DNA of 64,000 nt from Paraspadella gotoi (Eukaryota; Animalia; Chaetognatha), in contig CM119271.1 in the NCBI GenBank assembly GCA_051294375.1, positions 11,335,434 through 11,399,433 of the forward strand, read 5' to 3'. The number at the start of each line of letters is the position of its first letter. Position 1 is the first letter of the stretch. Position numbers and translations under genes: made by a program. The notes below the pieces were generated by a model. That model worked only from the letters and a program-made list of their open reading frames with translations. It was not told the origin of the DNA and did not search any database. Below are positions 1 to 15,220 of the stretch, piece after piece.

Positions 1-299
1 GAAACCTTTTTCGTTAACGCTTAGAAATCCCAGCCGCGCTAAGCACTCGGCCCCAAGATGATTTTTCAAAAAAGAATTTGTTCAAATTAAATTAATTATA
101 GCTGTAGGAGACGCTTTTAATTTTGGAGGGGAAAACAAAAAATTAAATTCATGTTAATTAATTAATTAATTAATTAATTAATTACGTCCAAATCGTCTTC
201 TGATTATCTTATTGGTCTCTGGGTCGTAATTTGACAGAGCATTTCGACATCCGAGTCCCAGGTTTCCCGATTCGCGACGGAACTTGAAAGAACCCCCTC

Positions 300-1060
300 C
301 TCGACCTAGCGGAGAGGCGGAGAAGACCGTCGGAGAGAAACTGCGACTGAAGACCCGCGGACCGCGCGCGCCCGTTAAAGTTTTTAATAAAAGTTTCTTA
401 TCCACTGGCAGTTCTGATATTTAATACGGTACCTTAATAAAATAATCAAAGCATTATAGTGGAGGTCGGAATTTTTAAGTGAAAGAATTCGAGACAAAGT
501 AAAATGAAGAGAGCTATAACATCGAAGGGAAAATGCCGCTCTACAGCGCGAGAATAAAATAACATGACTTTTATATGAACTACTTTGTTTACCAAAGTAG
601 GTATGTGAAAAGGAATGGAATTTTAGGCCTGAAGAAATATTAATTTGACATTTTTGGGAACTTTACAAAAATTTCTTCTCAGCCGCGAACTCACTACATA
701 GATATTCATACAGACAATAATAATTAATCCAAACAATAAAAGTCAAATGATTAATCAAGAAGCAATATAATCAAATAAACAAAATCCACGAAGAAACCAC
801 TAAGCGTCCACCAAGGAATCCACAAACGTTTATTATTTTGAGAAGAGTTCACGATCCAACGCTAGAGAATCTGGAATGACCGCAAAAAGAGAGAAAGAGA
901 CGAACGTTGAATCTCTTATATAAAAGAGCATCTGAGTACGGTCGTCTGGACTTTAACAAAGTTCGCGGACCGGACGCACGATTAATACGAAGAATAAATT
1001 ATATATAATAAATAAAATAAATCGCAATATCTGGCTCTATTTTTAACGTTTGAACTTGTA
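300..1060 (-). mobile_element. LTR-like relic with downstream leader
   Basis: On the minus strand: TATATAA (~917-923), AATAAA (~830), then TTTAAC-GGGCGC and a GC-rich leader near 375-300. No coding sequence recognised. Confidence 0.25.
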
Positions 1061-1501
1061 GGGAAAAGTCAGAGGGCAGTTGCCTCGTGGTTAAGCCGCG
1101 ACCTCAAACGTTTTCACGTTGTTGTTAAGGTGTCTTTATTAATTGTTTTTAACCTGTTCGTTAATTGATGAAAGAACTGAACCGAAAAACGCTAATTAAA
1201 AATCGAAAATGGCCTATAAAAGCAATCGGTACGAATGCACATTTAAATGACGAAAGGCACAACGCCAAAAAATGAGAAGGTTAATGTACAAAGAAAAAAG
1301 GCACATCGATCCATGCATAAACTCAAATCGCCAAACTGTGCGTGCAAATTTAGTGCAAAATTTGTTGCAAACGTGTTGCAAATTGTGTATTATATTCTAG
1401 CCTAAGCCGACGTACCAACCAAAGACTCGATGAGAAGGAGAGAAACAGAGGCGACTTACCACCGCTCTCGTCTCTCTCTCTTTCTCTCTCTTCTCTCTCT
1501 C

Positions 1502-1532
<31 letters not shown>

Positions 1533-1729
1533 GCCTCAGTTAAGAAAGTTTCTCTCATTCCTGTGACCTGACAAGCGTATCCAACCACTGATTCAGGCCC
1601 CGGGACTGAGTTGAATTTACTCCCCCCCTTTCGCTGGAAAGCCAGTGCAGGTGGTTACAATGTGGGCGGCATATAAGTCGAGCATACATAAGTTCACCTC
1701 GCCCTATAAGCAACAACACCTTCTGTCTT

Positions 1730-1803
1730 GACCGGCTGGCTCAATTGAGTATAAAGCCATTCAATCTCATGGTCCACTAGATACCGGCTCAATCCCAACC
1801 CCG
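1730..1803 (+). mobile_element. Degenerate tRNA-derived SINE head
   Basis: Box-A-like TGGCTCAATTGA near 1737 and box-B-like GGCTCAATCCC near 1786, at tRNA-like spacing. No intact cloverleaf. Confidence 0.35.
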
Positions 1804-2369
1804 TAACGCTAAACCTGCGGCAAGCGTGAAACGCCGTGAACTGCCTTTCGTCGTTATTGTTCCTTTTCACTCATCCGATTTCCAAAAAAAGTGATTATTG
1901 GTTTCGCAGTGAATTCGTGAATCCGTCACTCTCCTCTTTTTTTCATCTCCTCAACTCTTTTTCGTTGAGTCTGAGAATATGAAGTTTATGTTTAGGAGGG
2001 CTTAAGGAGTTTGAATAGTTAATTCGACATTTGTTGATGAAGGATTCTGCTTCTTCTNNNNNNNNNNNNNNNNNNNNNNNNNAGAGAGAGAGAGAGAGAG
2101 AGAATGAAAGAAAGAGACCCGGATAGAGAAACACTGCTGAGTTTTTAACAGGTTTTAATTTGTTGTCAGACAAGTCGCACACGAGTTTCGATTTTTTTCT
2201 TTTGTCACTTCCTGCGATGAATAATCTCTTATTATTTTATTTTAATTAAAGCGTTCTTTTACTATTTCTCCAATTAATAATTTATTAATTCATTAATTCC
2301 TTTATTCTCTCATTACTTTGGTCTTCATTCCGTCCCTCCAACGCAGTTGACTTCATTTTTTTTCATCAT

Positions 2370-2650
<281 letters not shown>

Positions 2651-3091
2651 ATTGCATTTATTTTTCTGCGACGTTCATTTATGCATTCATTCACTCACTC
2701 TCTGGCTCATTCAGTTTGTGATTCTTTCATTCATTCGCTCGTTCATTTGCCGATCCCTTCCCTCAATTCATTAGTTTATTCAATAATTCCCTGACTCGTT
2801 CAGTCACTCAGACATTCTCTCATTAATTCCCTCATTGATTTTTTTTTGTTCAATCAATCAATCATTCATTCAATCACTAACTCCGTCATTCATTCATTCG
2901 TTCATTAATTCATTCATTCAATCATTCACTCATTCATTCATTCATTCATTCAATTACTCCAATCAATGAAATATAATAAAAAATAAATCAAATCTAACCA
3001 TCATAAATCAAAAGAAAAACGATCGGGATTCGCTTTCAATATTTTTGTCCCTGCCTTCCTTTCCCCAGCTCTATTCCCTTCTTCCCTTCCA

Positions 3092-3429
3092 ATGATCCTC
3101 ATCCCCAACCGCCCCTCTTTCTCTTCCTCCTCCTCCTCCTCCTCCTCCTCCTACCCCGGCGCCCGAGAACTCGTTCTCGCCGCCCTCGACGGCGTCCTTC
3201 ACGTCTGGAGCGGGCGTGGCGGCGACGGACGCCTCCTTCCGGCGGATCTAGTCTGGCGGTTCGATCCGCGGGCGGACACGGATGCGGCGTCGTGGGCGGT
3301 CGACGAGACGAGCGGCGACGTTCCGACGGCGCGCATGGGCGCCGCGGGCGTCGCGGTCGACGGAGTTCTGTACGTCTTCGGCGGGAAGAATGGAGAGAAG
3401 TTGATGAGTGGGATATTTTCCTATCGGAG
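3092..3429 (+). CDS. Kelch domain-containing protein (KLHDC1/2-like), 5' exon
   Basis: VLHVWSGRGG...VWRFD...TSGDVPTARMGAAGVAVDGVLYVFGG kelch motifs in a GC-rich island that ends at an ag|gtgag donor. Confidence 0.75.
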
Positions 3430-4599
3430 GTGAGACGAGCGAGCGAGCGAATCGAACAAAAAAAATAATTCGTAAAGATATTGTGTGATCGATCAATTCT
3501 TTGTTCACATAATAGCTTAAGATAATTAATGATTAAAACTTTGAAACAATACTAGATCAGATTAGCAATCAGTCTGAAAACGAAATCAATCAATCTAAAA
3601 ACATTGAAAAAAATTAATCAATCAGTTAAATAAAAATAGTATTGATAGAAAGCAAGCAGGGTTTTGCTATCTTACTATCTTGAACGAGGTATGGTAATCT
3701 TAACCCACCGTAGCCTGTCAAAATTTCATAGCAATTATGTACAAGTAAAATAACCTATAATTTAATTAATAACTAAATTTGATATATATTTTTATACATT
3801 ATAAAGTAATAGAGACAATGTCTTGGCCGCACGGTCCGTTTTAATTTTAAAATCATTGCCTATCGATCGTTCCGGCCTTATTTTCTCCGTCATTTTCCCT
3901 AAAAATTGGATTATAACAACTATCGTATTGCTACATTTCCTTATTAACTGAACTCTCTATTTTATTCTTCTTAACTTGCTATGCTAATCTTCTTAACTTC
4001 TTTTATTCTATTCTTTCTTAACTCTACTTCTATTTCCTTCTTGAACCCCGTCCACCGCGCCACTTTTCTTATTTCGCTACTCTTTTTCTCATTAACGCTT
4101 CTACTGCTTCTATGTTCCATTTGTCCTCTAACGATTCTATTCACTGCCTTACTTCCTTACTTTTTTATTATAGTACCTTGGCTTAACTTCTATTATAGCT
4201 TCTTCTTAAGCTTCAGTGATTCTATTCTTCTTAACACTTCTATTTCTACTATCTTTCGGGCACTAGCTGACCTTTTGAACTTGTCTATGTCGTAACATAT
4301 GGGTACTTCTTCTAGCGTCTTAGTTCGTTGTGTGGTAAATTCCTTCTACAATTCTATTCTTCTTGTAACTTTCTATTGCTATTCCTTCGTAAACTCTCTA
4401 TTCTCAATTCTTCTACTTCTAAACTGTGGTATCCTATCTTTACCCTTCATGCCGCCCTCGGGCATCTTTGCTCCTTTCCTATTCCTTCTTCTCCTTCGCT
4501 CTCAGCCAGCTCTGCGAATTGAAGGTCCAGCCTGCGTCGGTGCTCTGCGACCACCGGATGCACCATCACCAACACGAGGCGCGGGCACCCGGCACGGCC

Positions 4600-5930
4600 C
4601 TGCCTGGCGCAGCGCCGGGATGTCCATGCGCAAGCGTCCCGACCCACAGGCGGCCTCAGCGGACTGAATGGTTGGACCGAGACAGACTGGAGGCGACGGC
4701 CGATAAGACTGTTTGGCTTCCTTCTTCCGGCCGGCGAACAAGCGAGCGGGGCCAAGCGCCATCGGCCGCCCTCGGATCTCCGCGCGGCGGACAAAGAGAT
4801 TCCCTCGGCTGCACGGATCAACTGCTTCGCTTCTTCACCGGAGGCGGCGGGAGACGGCGCCGTGCTGGGGCACCGTGGTGTCGCCGGGTCCGCGTCCGGC
4901 GCCGGAGATACGGCGCCGGTTGCGGAGCGATCGGGACGGCTAAGGCTTACCTTGGGCGGATGGGAGGAAAGGCTAGGGGAAGGAGGGAGTCAATCGGTTG
5001 AATGAAATTGATTAAATATCTTTAATCATAATTTTTATTTAAAATTTAAAATTTTTAAATTTAAATTTAAGATATTTAAAAATTAAAAATTTCAAAAAAT
5101 TAAAAATTTTAAATATTCAAAAATTAAGAAATTTAAAAAAAAAAATTTAAAAAATAGATTTTTAAAAGGCTCTTTTTATTTTTTGCTAAAATCTCTCCAG
5201 ACTTGCGGCAGACTTCAGTATAGCTTCAGAAATCTCAGACGTTCGCTCGCTTCCCCTCGCGCGCAGTACAGACCAGCCGGGTCGGGACGGCAGCCCGCCG
5301 ACGCCCCCCGAACCCCTTCGCGCCGCACCCGGTCGTCCGGCGCGCCCCAATGAACAAAAAAGAGCGGCTACTTGCGAACAGGCGACATCTGGGGTAGTTG
5401 TCTGAACTCATTCGACAACGAGCGAGTGGACATCCTTGGAGAGGGCATAACGTCATACATGAGATGCAGCGATGAGCGTTGGCGAATAACCCGACCACCC
5501 TCCGCGCCGCGACCGTCCTCTCTCTCCGGGGCCGCTCTCCCTGCCGCGGGCCAGGAAGTACGGACGCGGCGACGGCCCCGCTTCCCATGCGCTCAAGACA
5601 CCTGACTGGCCGCTCGACGAGGCGAGCGCGCTACTTCTGCCGGTGCGGGGACCGGTGCCTCGGCGCCGAGAAAACGGGAAGACAGTGATAGTCGCGGCAT
5701 ATTCGGAGACAGAAGCCCGGGGAGCGCCCAGAAGCAGTGGACGCGAGGAGAGAAGCAACGTTCTGACCCGGCAGCCAGTAGGGGCGTGAGTTCCGAGACA
5801 TTGTGGTCTTCGGTGCCGATCGACTCGGGCGAGGATCGGACGCGGGAGACCGTCATTCGTCGTGGGGGTAATGGGAGAGGAGCGCAGTCGGGATCGCCGA
5901 GAGCGTTTGTGGAGATTAGGGTCAGTGGAA
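4600..5930 (+). pseudogene. Kelch gene downstream exons, copy 1, heavily frameshifted (probably sequencing noise)
   Basis: GC-rich blocks 4600-4950 and 5365-5930 align by eye with 14570-14900 and 15220-15590 but contain many indels. Confidence 0.55.
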
Positions 5931-7535
5931 AGGGCATAAGGACTCGTTTTGAAGAGCTGTGAGAGGGGTGGCGGCGAGCAGAGAAGATTGAGAAGGGCGT
6001 GCGGTGTGTCGCGCCGGTGTCAAAGAGACTCTGGGAGAAGAATTGCCCGTTGTAGGTATTTATCTGTTATTATTGACGCTCGCGGCGGGGTCAGATTTTT
6101 TGTGATTATCGCTTATTAAGCAAAAAATAAATGGAATTGGAATTGTTTTACTTTTTCGTTTGGTTTCGTTTCATTTTACTTTTTCTTTCATTTTACTTTT
6201 TTTTTTTTTTTTTTGCCTTTTTCCAATTTTCAACAACTTTTTCTTTTTTAACGATTTATATCCTTCATTTCCCCCTCACTTTCCCCCTACTTCATTTTCC
6301 TCCTCCACAATTTCTTTTATATTTTCCTCCCTTCTTCATTTTCCTCCCTCCTTCATTTTCCTCCCTTCCTTCATTTTCCCTCTTCTTCATTTTCCTCCCT
6401 TTATTTTCCTCCTCTCCTTTCCAATTTTTCTCCCTTCTTCATTTTTCCTCTTTCTTCATTTTCTGCCCTTCTTATTTTTCTCCTCCCATTTCCTCCTCTC
6501 ATTTTCCTCCTTCCTTCATTTCCTCGCCTTCCTTCATTTTCCTACTCCTTCATTTTCCATCCTTCTCATTATTCCATCCCTCCTTCATTTTCCATCCCTT
6601 CTTCAAATTTTCCTCCCTCCTTCATTCCTCCTCCTTCATTTTCCTCCTTCTTGCATTTTCAATCCCTCATTCATTTTCCTCTTCCTTTCATTTTCCTTCT
6701 TTCTTCATTTTCCTCCTTCTTAATTTTTCTCCCTTCTTAATTTTTCTCCTCCTTCATTTTCACTCCCTCCCTCCTATCATTTTCCTCCCTCCTTATTTTC
6801 CTCCTTTCTTCATTTCCTCCCTCCATTCATTTCCTCCTCCTCATTTTCCTTCTTTCTCATTTTCCTCCCTCCTTCATTTTTCCTTCTTTCTTTCATTTTC
6901 TCCCTTCCTTAAATTTTTCTCCCATCCTTCATTTTTCCTACCTCCTTCATTTTCCTACGCCTCCTTGCATTTTCCTCCCTCCATCATTTCCTCCTTCTTC
7001 ATTTTTCAATCCTCATCTCGTTTCGTCTTCAACTCGGCGACGTCCGATGTCACTTCTTCCGCATCGTTTGGGGGGGGGGAGGGAGGAAAGAGGGAGGAGT
7101 AACGTCTCCCTCCCTTTTCCTCGGCCACTTCTACGCTTTCCTCTCTCTCTCTCTATCTCTCTCTTTCTCTCTCTATCTCTCTCTTTCTCTCTCTCCTCCC
7201 TTCCTCTCTTCCTCTCTCATGATTTCCCTACTCCTCTTTCTTTCTTCCTCTGTCCTCTCTCTCTCTCGTTCTCCCTTTCTCTTTCGCTCTCCCGCTCTCC
7301 CTCCCTCACTTCCTCTCCATGACTTTCTTCCCTCTCTCTCTCCCTCTCCTCCCCTCTCTTTCTCTCTCCTCTCCCTCCCTCTCTCTCTTCCTCCCCATGA
7401 TTTTCCCCTCCAGCGGTGAATGGAGGTTGATTGCGAAAACATCAGCAACGAGGATGAGAAAAAAATTCAAATCAGTTTCAATCAGGAGTAGAGGGAGAGA
7501 GAGAGAGAGAAGAGAGAGAGGAGAGAGAGAGAAGA

Positions 7536-7566
<31 letters not shown>

Positions 7567-8026
7567 GAGAGAGAGGAGATGAGAGCGAAGCTGGGTAGTA
7601 AAGACACGCGTCCACCGCAACAAAAACTATTCATTCGCCAGGCAACTTATCGTCAGGCGAGAGAGTGAGAAAAAGAGAGAAAGAGAGTGAGAGAGAGATG
7701 GAGAGAGTGAGAGTAAAAGAACGAGGCAGTAGTCGTCACCTTTATTTGGTCAAGTTTATCCAAATTGAATAAGACACATCCAAATTAACAGATCCTGTAA
7801 AGTTTAGAACAAATGAAAAACCCAAATTAAAATTAACAACAAAAAAAACACAACACGAAAAGAAAAAAAAAGAGAAAAAAGAAAAAAGAAAAAAACTTGG
7901 GATGAATGAGAGAGGGTTTGAAGAATCGAGATTGAGGAACAAACTCGATTTTTTTTTCAAAAGTTCAAATATTTTCTTTATTTATTCCAAAAGAGAATTT
8001 CTCTCTCTCTCTCTCTCTGCTCTCGT

Positions 8027-8061
<35 letters not shown>

Positions 8062-8155
8062 TCTCCTCTCTCTCCTTGACTCAAGATATATTTTTCTCCT
8101 TTAATCTTTCGCTTTGTCCTCACCAATCTCACGAAACAACCTTGTGGTTTAGGAC

Positions 8156-8186
<31 letters not shown>

Positions 8187-8313
8187 TGATGACGACGACG
8201 ACGACGACGAATGACGACCGACGGACGACGACGATGGCGAAAAAAAAACCTCAGAGCAATAATCATCTTCAAAGGCGTCGATTCAGAATCATCTCCGTTG
8301 ATGCTCATCTCAT

Positions 8314-8354
<41 letters not shown>

Positions 8355-11300
8355 TTTCTCTCTCTCTCTCTCTCTCTCTTCTTACTGTTTCTCTTTTCTC
8401 TCTCTTTCTCTCAAATCTTTTTCTCTCCTCTCACTCTCTCTCAATCTTTCTCTCTCCTCCTTTCTCTCTATTTTTCTCTCTCATCTCTAAACGTTCTCTC
8501 TCTCTATCTCTCTCTCTCTCTTTCTCCTCTCTCTCTTTCTCTCTCTCTCATCTCAATCTTTTTCTCTCTCCCTCCTCTCCTCTTTCTCTCTCTCTCATCT
8601 CTCCTCTTTCTCTCAATTTTTTCTCTCTCTCTCTCAAATCTTTCTCCTCTTTCTCTCTTTCTCTCTATCTTTCTCTCCTCTCTAAATCTTTCTATCTTCT
8701 CTCTCTCTCATCTCTCTCTCTTCTCTCTCTCAATCTTTCCTCCTCTCTCTCATTCTTTCTCCTCCTCAATCTTTTCTCTCTATCTCTCTTTCTCTCAATC
8801 TTTTCCTCTCTTTCTCATCCTTTTTCTCTCTCATCTCTCTCAATCTTTCTCTCTGCTCTCTCCTCTTTTCTCTTCTAATCTTTTTCTCTCTCCTCCTTAA
8901 ATCTTTCTCTCTCTCTCTTCTTTCTTCATCTCTCTCTCTCTGCTCCTCATCTCTCTCTCTCTCTCTTCTCTTCTTCTTTCTCTGTCTCTCTCTCTCAATC
9001 TTTTTCTCTCTCTCTCTCATATCTTTCTCTCTCTCTCTCTCCTCCTCCCTCTCCCTTGACTCAAGAGTAATTTTTTCTCCTTTATCCTTCGCTTTGTCCT
9101 CACAATCGCACGAACAACTTGTGGTTTAAGGACGACCACGATGACGGTGATGACGACGACGACGACGGGAACAGACGACCAGGACACGATGGCAAAAAAA
9201 AAAACCTCGAGAGCAAATATAATCTTCAAAGGCGTCGATTCAGACCTCATCTCTGCCTTGATTGTGCTCATCTCATTCCAACTTCGTCCGCCTCTCCATC
9301 TCTCGTCCTCGTCTCTCTCTCTCTCTCCCCCCTCATCAATCTATTCTCTCTCTCTCATCTCTTTCTCTCAACAATCTTTTTTCATCTCATCTCTCTTTTC
9401 TCAATCTTTTTCGAGGCATAATAATACTTGAACTTTCGCGGACACCAGATTTGGTCACTCTTTTTGTTTTTCCCCCGGCCGGGACTGGCCGGCCATTGTT
9501 CTCCTCCTCTCCCGGATTCGCAGGACCTTCCAGGAGGTGTCGGCAAGCGACGCCTCTACTGGCTGACTAGCGAACACCTAAGATACACAACTCGACGCGG
9601 TCATTGTCTTCTTCTTACTCTTCTCTTCTCTCTCACCCTCCATCATCATCCGCGCATCGCCTGCGATGCGGCAATCCGGGCTAATAAATCAGATTCAGAG
9701 TCCGAGTGAACCGCAGAACCTAGAATCCCTGAGGAGGACGTCTTGAAAGACTGTCTAGTCGCGGATGCAACTGACCTAGAGTTTCGTTCACTGATGTAAT
9801 TTTTTCCTTCAGGGAAAACTTCGGACCTTTTAATTCGTTAAAACTATCACTCTCTCTCAGAACGGTTAACACGTAAAACGTAACTCCGCCGAGTATATTA
9901 TATTATTTTAATAATTCAACCGTGTAAAAATTTACCAATAAACATATTCATATAACATTAAATTAATTAAAACAACCACAGCGAATGTACCAGTTTTAGC
10001 AAAGTACTCGGTTGATATTACCCGCATTGATAATTGAGACTTTAATCAGGGCTAATCTTGCATACAAGATGTTTTTTATATCGTTACTTTTGCGCCTTAA
10101 GCATAATACAGTATGAGTCAAGAGAAAAAGGCACGAGATTTAATTCTAATTTTAATATTAAGTTGTTCAATCGTTCTCATCTTTCTATCCTTCTCAGTCT
10201 TTGGCAATTTTTCCTCTTTTCTCTATTTCTCAATTTCTCTTTTATATATTAAGTTGGTAAGTAAGAGCTTTCATGAAACTATCGACCATATAATTAGTAA
10301 ATAACCACTTACAATATGAATTAGTTCATTATTTGTATTGATATGGTTTATTGGAGTTGAGAGGGGCTATTGATCAAAGACCGATTTATTGATAAATAAA
10401 TATTTTTGGTCGGGTTTTTTATTAAAAAGTATATCATCATTGAGAATATTTTTAGTTAGCCTTAATGTCTTTTTAAAGATTCCCTCCCTTCTATTATTAA
10501 TTGCTGGTACAATTTTTTTATAAGAATTTATTTTATTAATTTATTTTCATTCATCCTCGATTTTATTTCAGTTACATTCTTCTTTCGTTCTAAGAGGTTT
10601 AAAGAAAAAGAATAATTATGTATTTTTTTAACAACCAAATAGCAATCCACCGGAAGAGTGGTTTTCATTTAATATATACTTAAGTTTGTAAAGAAAATGT
10701 ATGTATTTTGCATTATATAGTTATATTTCAAAATATTATGGGTGTTATGAGGTAATCCCTTTCTTTTCGTTGTGATTAGAGATTTAAGACAGAGTATTGA
10801 AATAAATTGGCCAATAGACAATTTATTTTTTACAAAGCCTTCTTCAAGCGTCAATTTAGTTTGTGAAATTAATTAGAGATTTTGTGTAGAAAGATGGGGA
10901 GAGAGAGAGAGAGAAACAGAGAAACTTTGCCCTCTCTCTCTCTCCTACTTTCTCCTTCTACACAAAATCTGTCTAAATTATTTTCACAAACTAATGACGC
11001 TGAACGAGGCTGTAAAAAAGTTCAAAACATGTACAATTATTCCAATCTTTGATAAATAAATTGTTATTGCCAATTATTTCAAACTTTGTCCTAAGATGTA
11101 TACATAATTATTTGAAAGGAACCAAAAAAATTGGGAGAAGTAAATAATACTGGAAGGGCAGAAAAAGGAGAAGAAAAAGAGAAAGGGGGGAAAGGAGGGA
11201 AAGAAGAAAAGAAAGAAAGGACATAAGGGTATAAAGTTAGGGGATAAAGAATAAGAGAGATTAGGAAAGAAAAAAGATTGGGGGTTGATAATAAAAGAAA

Positions 11301-12494
11301 AAAAAATCATTTAAAAAAATAGAGAAGAGAGAGAGATGGGGAAAATATGGGGAGAGAAAAACAACGGACGGGAAAAAATACTTTTCTTTAAAAAAATTAA
11401 AGAGATTTCATAACAAATAATAACAAGAAATCGGTTAATAAACCGTAACTTTTAGGTTATAGAAACTCAGTCAAAATTATTTTTTATTTACATTATTTCG
11501 GACAAGTTTGGCTTCAGTCAAAAACAGAATTGATTTGTTTTTAAATCTATTTATTATTACAATTTTTCCATTTTTTTTCATCATTTACTATAATATCTTT
11601 TTTAAAAATGGTCTAATCGGTTGTCTCGAGAAACGAACACGAAAAGAAAGCAATATTATCCAAAAAATAAGTAAACTAAAAGATCTTCAGTCGCGACGCC
11701 CACGATGCTCCGGAATATTCGTCACTATTGATAAATCTCGCGAGATATTCTCACCAGGATCAGAGATAATTTTCCTCGATCCCGCCGACCTCGAGTCCCG
11801 GAGGCAAAGATTGGCCGACACGTTGTGGTCGGCCATGGTGGCACAAAAGGGAGACTATCCGGATTGGCTCGGGGAGTCACACCGTGGCTTCCGGCTCGCC
11901 TGCAGAATCCCGAGTATAACCCATGTCTTTATGTTCCTCTCTCTATCAATATATGCCTCGAAAGATCTTGATGCAGACAGAGAGCAGGAGAGGAAAAAGA
12001 TTGACTCGCAGCTCTTAATCTTATATGCTCTCTCTCAGATCCTCATCTCTCTCTCTATCGTATCAGACTTTTTCCTCTCTCTCTCTTATAAATTTCTTTG
12101 CCTTTTCCATCAGCAGATATCTCTCTCGTCAATCATCACTCTCTCGTTCCATCTCATCTCTCTCTCTCTCCCTCGCTCCTCTCCTCCTCTGCTTTTTTCT
12201 CAGCATGGGCAGCTCTTCCGCTCATGCCTCCTCCCGTCACTCTGTCTTCTTCATCTCTATCGACCGGTCATTTTCCTCTCCTCATCACTCTCTCAATCTT
12301 TTTCCTCTCTCTCTCCCGTCTCCTTCTCCACTCTCTCTTGCCTCTCGATGGACTCAGNNNNNNNNNNNNNNNNNNNNNNNNNCTCCAACGCAGTTGACCT
12401 TCAATTTTTTTCATCATGACAACATCAAACAACAACAACAACCCAACGACGGACAACTCTTTCAAAAGGGGAAAACCGAAATCGAGTCTTTTCG

Positions 12495-12539
<45 letters not shown>

Positions 12540-13197
12540 ACAACAACAACAAACAACAACACAACAACAACAAACAACAAACAACAACAACAAATGCCAT
12601 CGGACCTTGCAGATCTAGGAAAAATGGCCGAAGGGCTAAGACGTTGACGACGACGACGACACGAAGACGACAACGAATGACATTATTGCATATTTTCTAT
12701 TTTTATGCGATCGTTCATTTATGCATTCATTCGCTCACTCTCTCCGCTCAGTTCACAGTTTTGTGATTTCTTCATTCATTCGCTCGTTTCAATTAGCCGT
12801 TCCTTCCCTCAATATCATTAGATTTATTCGAATAATTCCCTGACTCTTTTCAGTCACTCAGGGAATTCTCTCATAATTTCGTTCAATTGAATCTATTTTT
12901 TTGTTGTTTCATCAATTTCAATCCATTCAGTTCAATACTTCAACAAGTGTGTATAAGTAGTCGTCAGTTCGTGAGATGTGTCATCATTCATTCATTAGTC
13001 TCATTAATTAATTCAATCATTCCTATCATTCATTCATTCAATTAACTCCATCAATCAATGAAATATATAAAAAAAAAATCAATGCAAGATATTTAACCAT
13101 CATAAATCAAAACGGGAAAACCTATCGGGATTCGCTTGTCAATATTCTTTTGTCCCTGGCCTTTCCTTCCCAGCTCTATTCCCTTCTTCTCCTTCCA

Positions 13198-13520
13198 ATG
13201 ATCGCTCATCCCGCAACCGCCCCTCTTTCTCTTTCCTCCTCGCTCCATCACGTCCTCTGACTCTCACCCACGGAAGCGCCCGCGCAACCGTCTCGCCGCC
13301 CTCAGATCGGCGTGCTTCTACGTCTTGGAGCGGGTCGTGGCGAGCGAGTCGGACGCCTCCTTCGGCGGATCTAGTCTGGGCTCGGTTTCGATCGCGGGCT
13401 GGACACGGGATGCGGTCGTACCTGGGCGCGTCGACGAGACGAAATGCGGCGGGGCGGTCGAGGCGCGCGGGCGCGCGGGGGCTCCGTTTGTTTGACGGAG
13501 ATTCTGTTCCGCTCGGTAGG
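13198..13520 (+). pseudogene. Kelch gene 5' exon, copy 2, frameshifted
   Basis: Noisy copy of 3092-3429 (atgatcgctcatccc..., ggcggatctagtctgg, tttgacgga). Confidence 0.55.
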
Positions 13521-15220
13521 GAGAGAAGGAGACAGCACCTTTGTCAGGGCGTGGGACGGGCTGTGAGGCGCGCTGGCGCTAGTGGCCGCGGTGTTTCGCG
13601 TCGACCGGAGTCTGTGACGTTTGCGGGCGAGGGAGCTGATGCAGCGGCTATTCCTCGCGACGTTGTCGCGCAGAGCTTGAAAGCGTACTTACAACAAAAA
13701 TAATTCGTACAAGATTATTTGTGTTGATCGCATCAAGATTCTGTTCACATAATACGCTTAAGATAAATTAATGATAGTGAATTACTTTGTGACACCGAAA
13801 GATTACGTAGATTCGGCATTAGCAATATCAGTTCATGAAAAACGAATCATACAATCTTAAAATCGATTCTCTAGAAAAGAGCTTATGTCAATCACGTTAA
13901 CATAAAAAAGAGTAGTCTATTATATAAAAGCAAGCAAGGGGTTTTGCTATTTGTACTACCTTTATAAACAGGTAATAGCTAACCTGTGTAAAACCCACGT
14001 CCGCCTGTCAATATTACAATAAGACAATTATTATACAAGTAAAATAGACCTATAATTTAATTAATAACTAAATTTGATATTATATTTTATACATTAAAGT
14101 ATATGAGACGGTTGGTTCTTGCCGCACTCGTTTTTAATTTAAATGTGCCTTAAATCGATCCGCCTTATCCGTCATTTCTAAAAAAATTGGATGATAATAA
14201 CTTCATATTCATCTTTTAACTTCTATTTATACTTCTAACTTCTATTCTATTTTCTTAACTTTCTATTCTATTCTTCTAACTTCTATTCTATTCTTCTTAA
14301 CTTCTATTCATCATTTCTTAACTTCTATTCTTTTCTTAACCTTTCTATGCTTCTTTTAATATCTTTAACTTCATTAATTCTAATTCTACTTCTTCTTAAC
14401 TTCTATTCTATTTTCTATCTATTCACTTGCTTCTATTCTGTTGGTAACATCTACAATTCTATTCTTCTTAACTTCTATTCTTTCTTCTTAACTTTTATTC
14501 TATTTCTGTCTTAACTTGTATTCTATCTTTATTCTTACTATTCTTCTTACCTTCCTTCACCTCCCAATACACGCACGCCCAAATGCGCCCGACGCCTCTG
14601 GACGCGAATCTCCAATCCAAGGTCCGACCCCTAGCGGAACGATGGTTGAACGAGCATAGCTTGAGCGACGTGCGAAGACTGTTTCTTCTTCGCGGCGAAC
14701 AGCGACGAACCATCTCCCTTCTGATCTCCGCGGCGGACAAGAGATTCCCCTCGGCTGCACGGATCAAACTGCTTCGCTTCTCACGGAGCGGCGGAGACGG
14801 CGCCGTAGCTGGGCCGACGTGGTGTCGCCGGGTTCCGCGTCCGCCGCCGAGATACGGCGCCGGTTGCGGAAGCGATCGGGACCAAGCTTTACCTCTTGGG
14901 CGGATGGGAGAAAAGGTTAGGGGAAAGAAGTCAAATCGGTTGAATGAAATATTGATTAAAATCATCTAATAAAGTTAAATTATTTAAAATTTAAAATTTA
15001 ATTTAAAATTTGTATTAAAAAATCTAAAAATTCAAAATTTCAAAAATTTTAATATGTCAAAAATTAAAAATTTAAAAAAAAAATTTTAAAAAAATAAGAT
15101 TTTTAAAAGGCTCTTTTATTTTTATGCTAAAATCTCTCAGACTCTGGCAGATACTTCAGAAACTCTCAAACTTGCTCTTTCCCCCCCGACCCTCCGCCCC
15201 CCTCTCCCCCCCAAAAAAAG

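Noticed and set aside
1730-1803. Functional tRNA gene
   Set aside because: Box motifs are degenerate and the acceptor and anticodon stems do not pair.
6131-9020. Long F/S/L/P-rich ORFs of up to 323 aa (also 15721-16596 and 27584-28408)
   Set aside because: Stop-poor pyrimidine or purine low-complexity tracts with no domain signal.
11508-12419. 303-aa ORF
   Set aside because: Runs through noisy fold-back sequence, CT repeats and an N-gap, with no recognisable motif.
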